A model generated the notes under the pieces. The model did no database searches and was not told where the DNA came from. It saw nothing but the letters and a program-made list of their open reading frames with translations. From positions 8,308,001-8,372,000 of the forward strand of contig JBHGNT010000015.1 of NCBI GenBank assembly GCA_043228905.1: a stretch of 64,000 nucleotides of DNA, in the 5' to 3' direction. Positions 62,747 through 64,000 of the stretch are shown piece after piece. Position 1 is the stretch's first letter, and each line of letters starts with the position of its first letter. The position numbers were made by a program, and so were the translations under genes. This stretch comes from Azolla caroliniana (taxonomy: Eukaryota; Plantae; Polypodiophyta).

Positions 62747-64000
62747 GGTATTCCGGAAGTTAGTAAGACTCCGGTACCAAGATGGCTCCAGCATGGCAGA
62801 GCATATGAATTCCTTCCAGGGGCTGATACACCAGGCAACGTCATTGGAAGTACCCCTTGCCGATGAGGTATTAGCGTTACTCCTGCTCGGTTCCCTCCCG
62901 GATAGCTGGGAGACGTTGGTTGTAACTTTGGGCAACGCCGGGCCGGAAGGAAAACGGTTATCCCTAGCAAGAGTAAAGTCGAGCCTGCTAGATGAGGAGG
63001 CGCGTCGGAAAGACAAAGATACGAGCTCCGACTCCAAAGCGCTTCTTACCGAATCGGAACGCGGAAGACATAGAAACCATAGTCCCCAGAACCGGGAGAA
63101 GTCGGGGACACGGTCAAAGTCAAGGGGGAGGCCTACTTGCTTCTATTGCGGCAAGCCGAGACACTTCCAAAAGAATTGTCGGCATTTCCGTAAAGACAAG
63201 GAAATCGACGGTACCGATTCGAAGCAAACCCCGGACCGGAACGGTAAAGACCGGAGGGGACCGGACCGGAAGGGAACGACGGCAATCGCGGCAAGTGAAG
63301 AAGAGTTGATGCTCATCACCGAGGAGAGTGAAATAAACCTTGTCGGCGACGAGATGACCTGGGTGGTAGACTCCGGAGCGTCGTTCCACCTTACCCCGGA
63401 CCGGAAATGCTTCTCATTCTATGCAGCCGGTGATCACGGCTATGTCCGGATGGGGAATGAAGGTACATGCCGAATTATCGGCATAGGAGACGTGTGGCTA
63501 TCAACACCAACCGGATGCAAGTTGTTGCTGAAGGATGTACGACACGTTCCGGAGGTTCGTCTGAACCTGATATCAGCCGGTCGGCTAGATGATGAAGGCT
63601 ACACGGGTAGCATCCGGAACGGGGTCATGAAATTCAGCAAAGGGAGCCTGATTGTGGCTCGGGCCCGGAAGGTCAACATGTTGTACCTGATGAATGCCCG
63701 GTTATGTCCGGAAGAAGTGAATGTGGCATCCGACACTGCCGGTGAGCTGTGGCACAAGAGGTTGTGTCATATGAGCGAGAAGGGGATGAAGAGGCTTGCA
63801 GACGACAACCTCATTCCAGTGAAGAACGTGCACTTAGAGAAGTGCATTGATTGTCTGGCCAGTAACCAAAACCGGACCTCCTTCCGACCAAGGCCACCGA
63901 TGAGACGTAATGCACCACTGGAGTTGGTGCATACGGATGTGTGTCAAGTAGACACGAAGTCACATGCCGGAGTGCAGTACTTCGTGACATTCATAGATGA
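62747..64000 (+). pseudogene. gag-pol: Copia D gag C-terminus, protease, pre-integrase and integrase start
   Basis: LLLGSLPDSWE; CFYCGKPRHFQKNC; WVVDSGASFH; LWHKRLCH; LELVHTDVC. Confidence 0.9.

Larger units (their letters stand above)
51320..64000 (+). mobile_element. Copia D, same family as C, opposite orientation; interrupted at 52783-62741; runs off the window
   Basis: 5' LTR 51320-52451 (TG..CA); PBS TGGTATCAGAGC 52454-52465; gag ATG 52481; gag/PR/INT resume at 62747. Confidence 0.92.

Overview
This 64 kb window is almost entirely nested transposable elements and contains no host gene I can identify. The element lineages and the many C>T-type stop codons suggest methylated heterochromatin of a land plant, probably a non-seed plant (inference). 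The backbone is a degenerate LINE. It holds a 2.46 kb deleted Gypsy and a Tnt1-like Copia. That Copia holds two tRNA-Trp-primed Gypsy elements (A and B), in tandem and only 4 bp apart. A contains an iMet-primed chromovirus whose 3' LTR carries a 9 kb TIR transposon (Sola2-like) with a broken transposase, an apparently intact 5-exon RING-finger gene and palindromic AGCTAATTAGCT arrays. B contains a probably self-priming Tcn1-like chromovirus (itself hit by a Copia), and B's 3' LTR holds a Copia>Copia>Gypsy stack. The most striking observation is that two related Gypsy families with dissimilar LTRs (1075-3535 and 52783-62741) have no polypurine tract. Each instead carries a tRNA 3'-end-like motif (an inverted PBS) 2 nt before the 3' LTR, suggesting tRNA priming of both DNA strands. 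Lineage names and tRNA assignments come from recalled motifs, not database searches.
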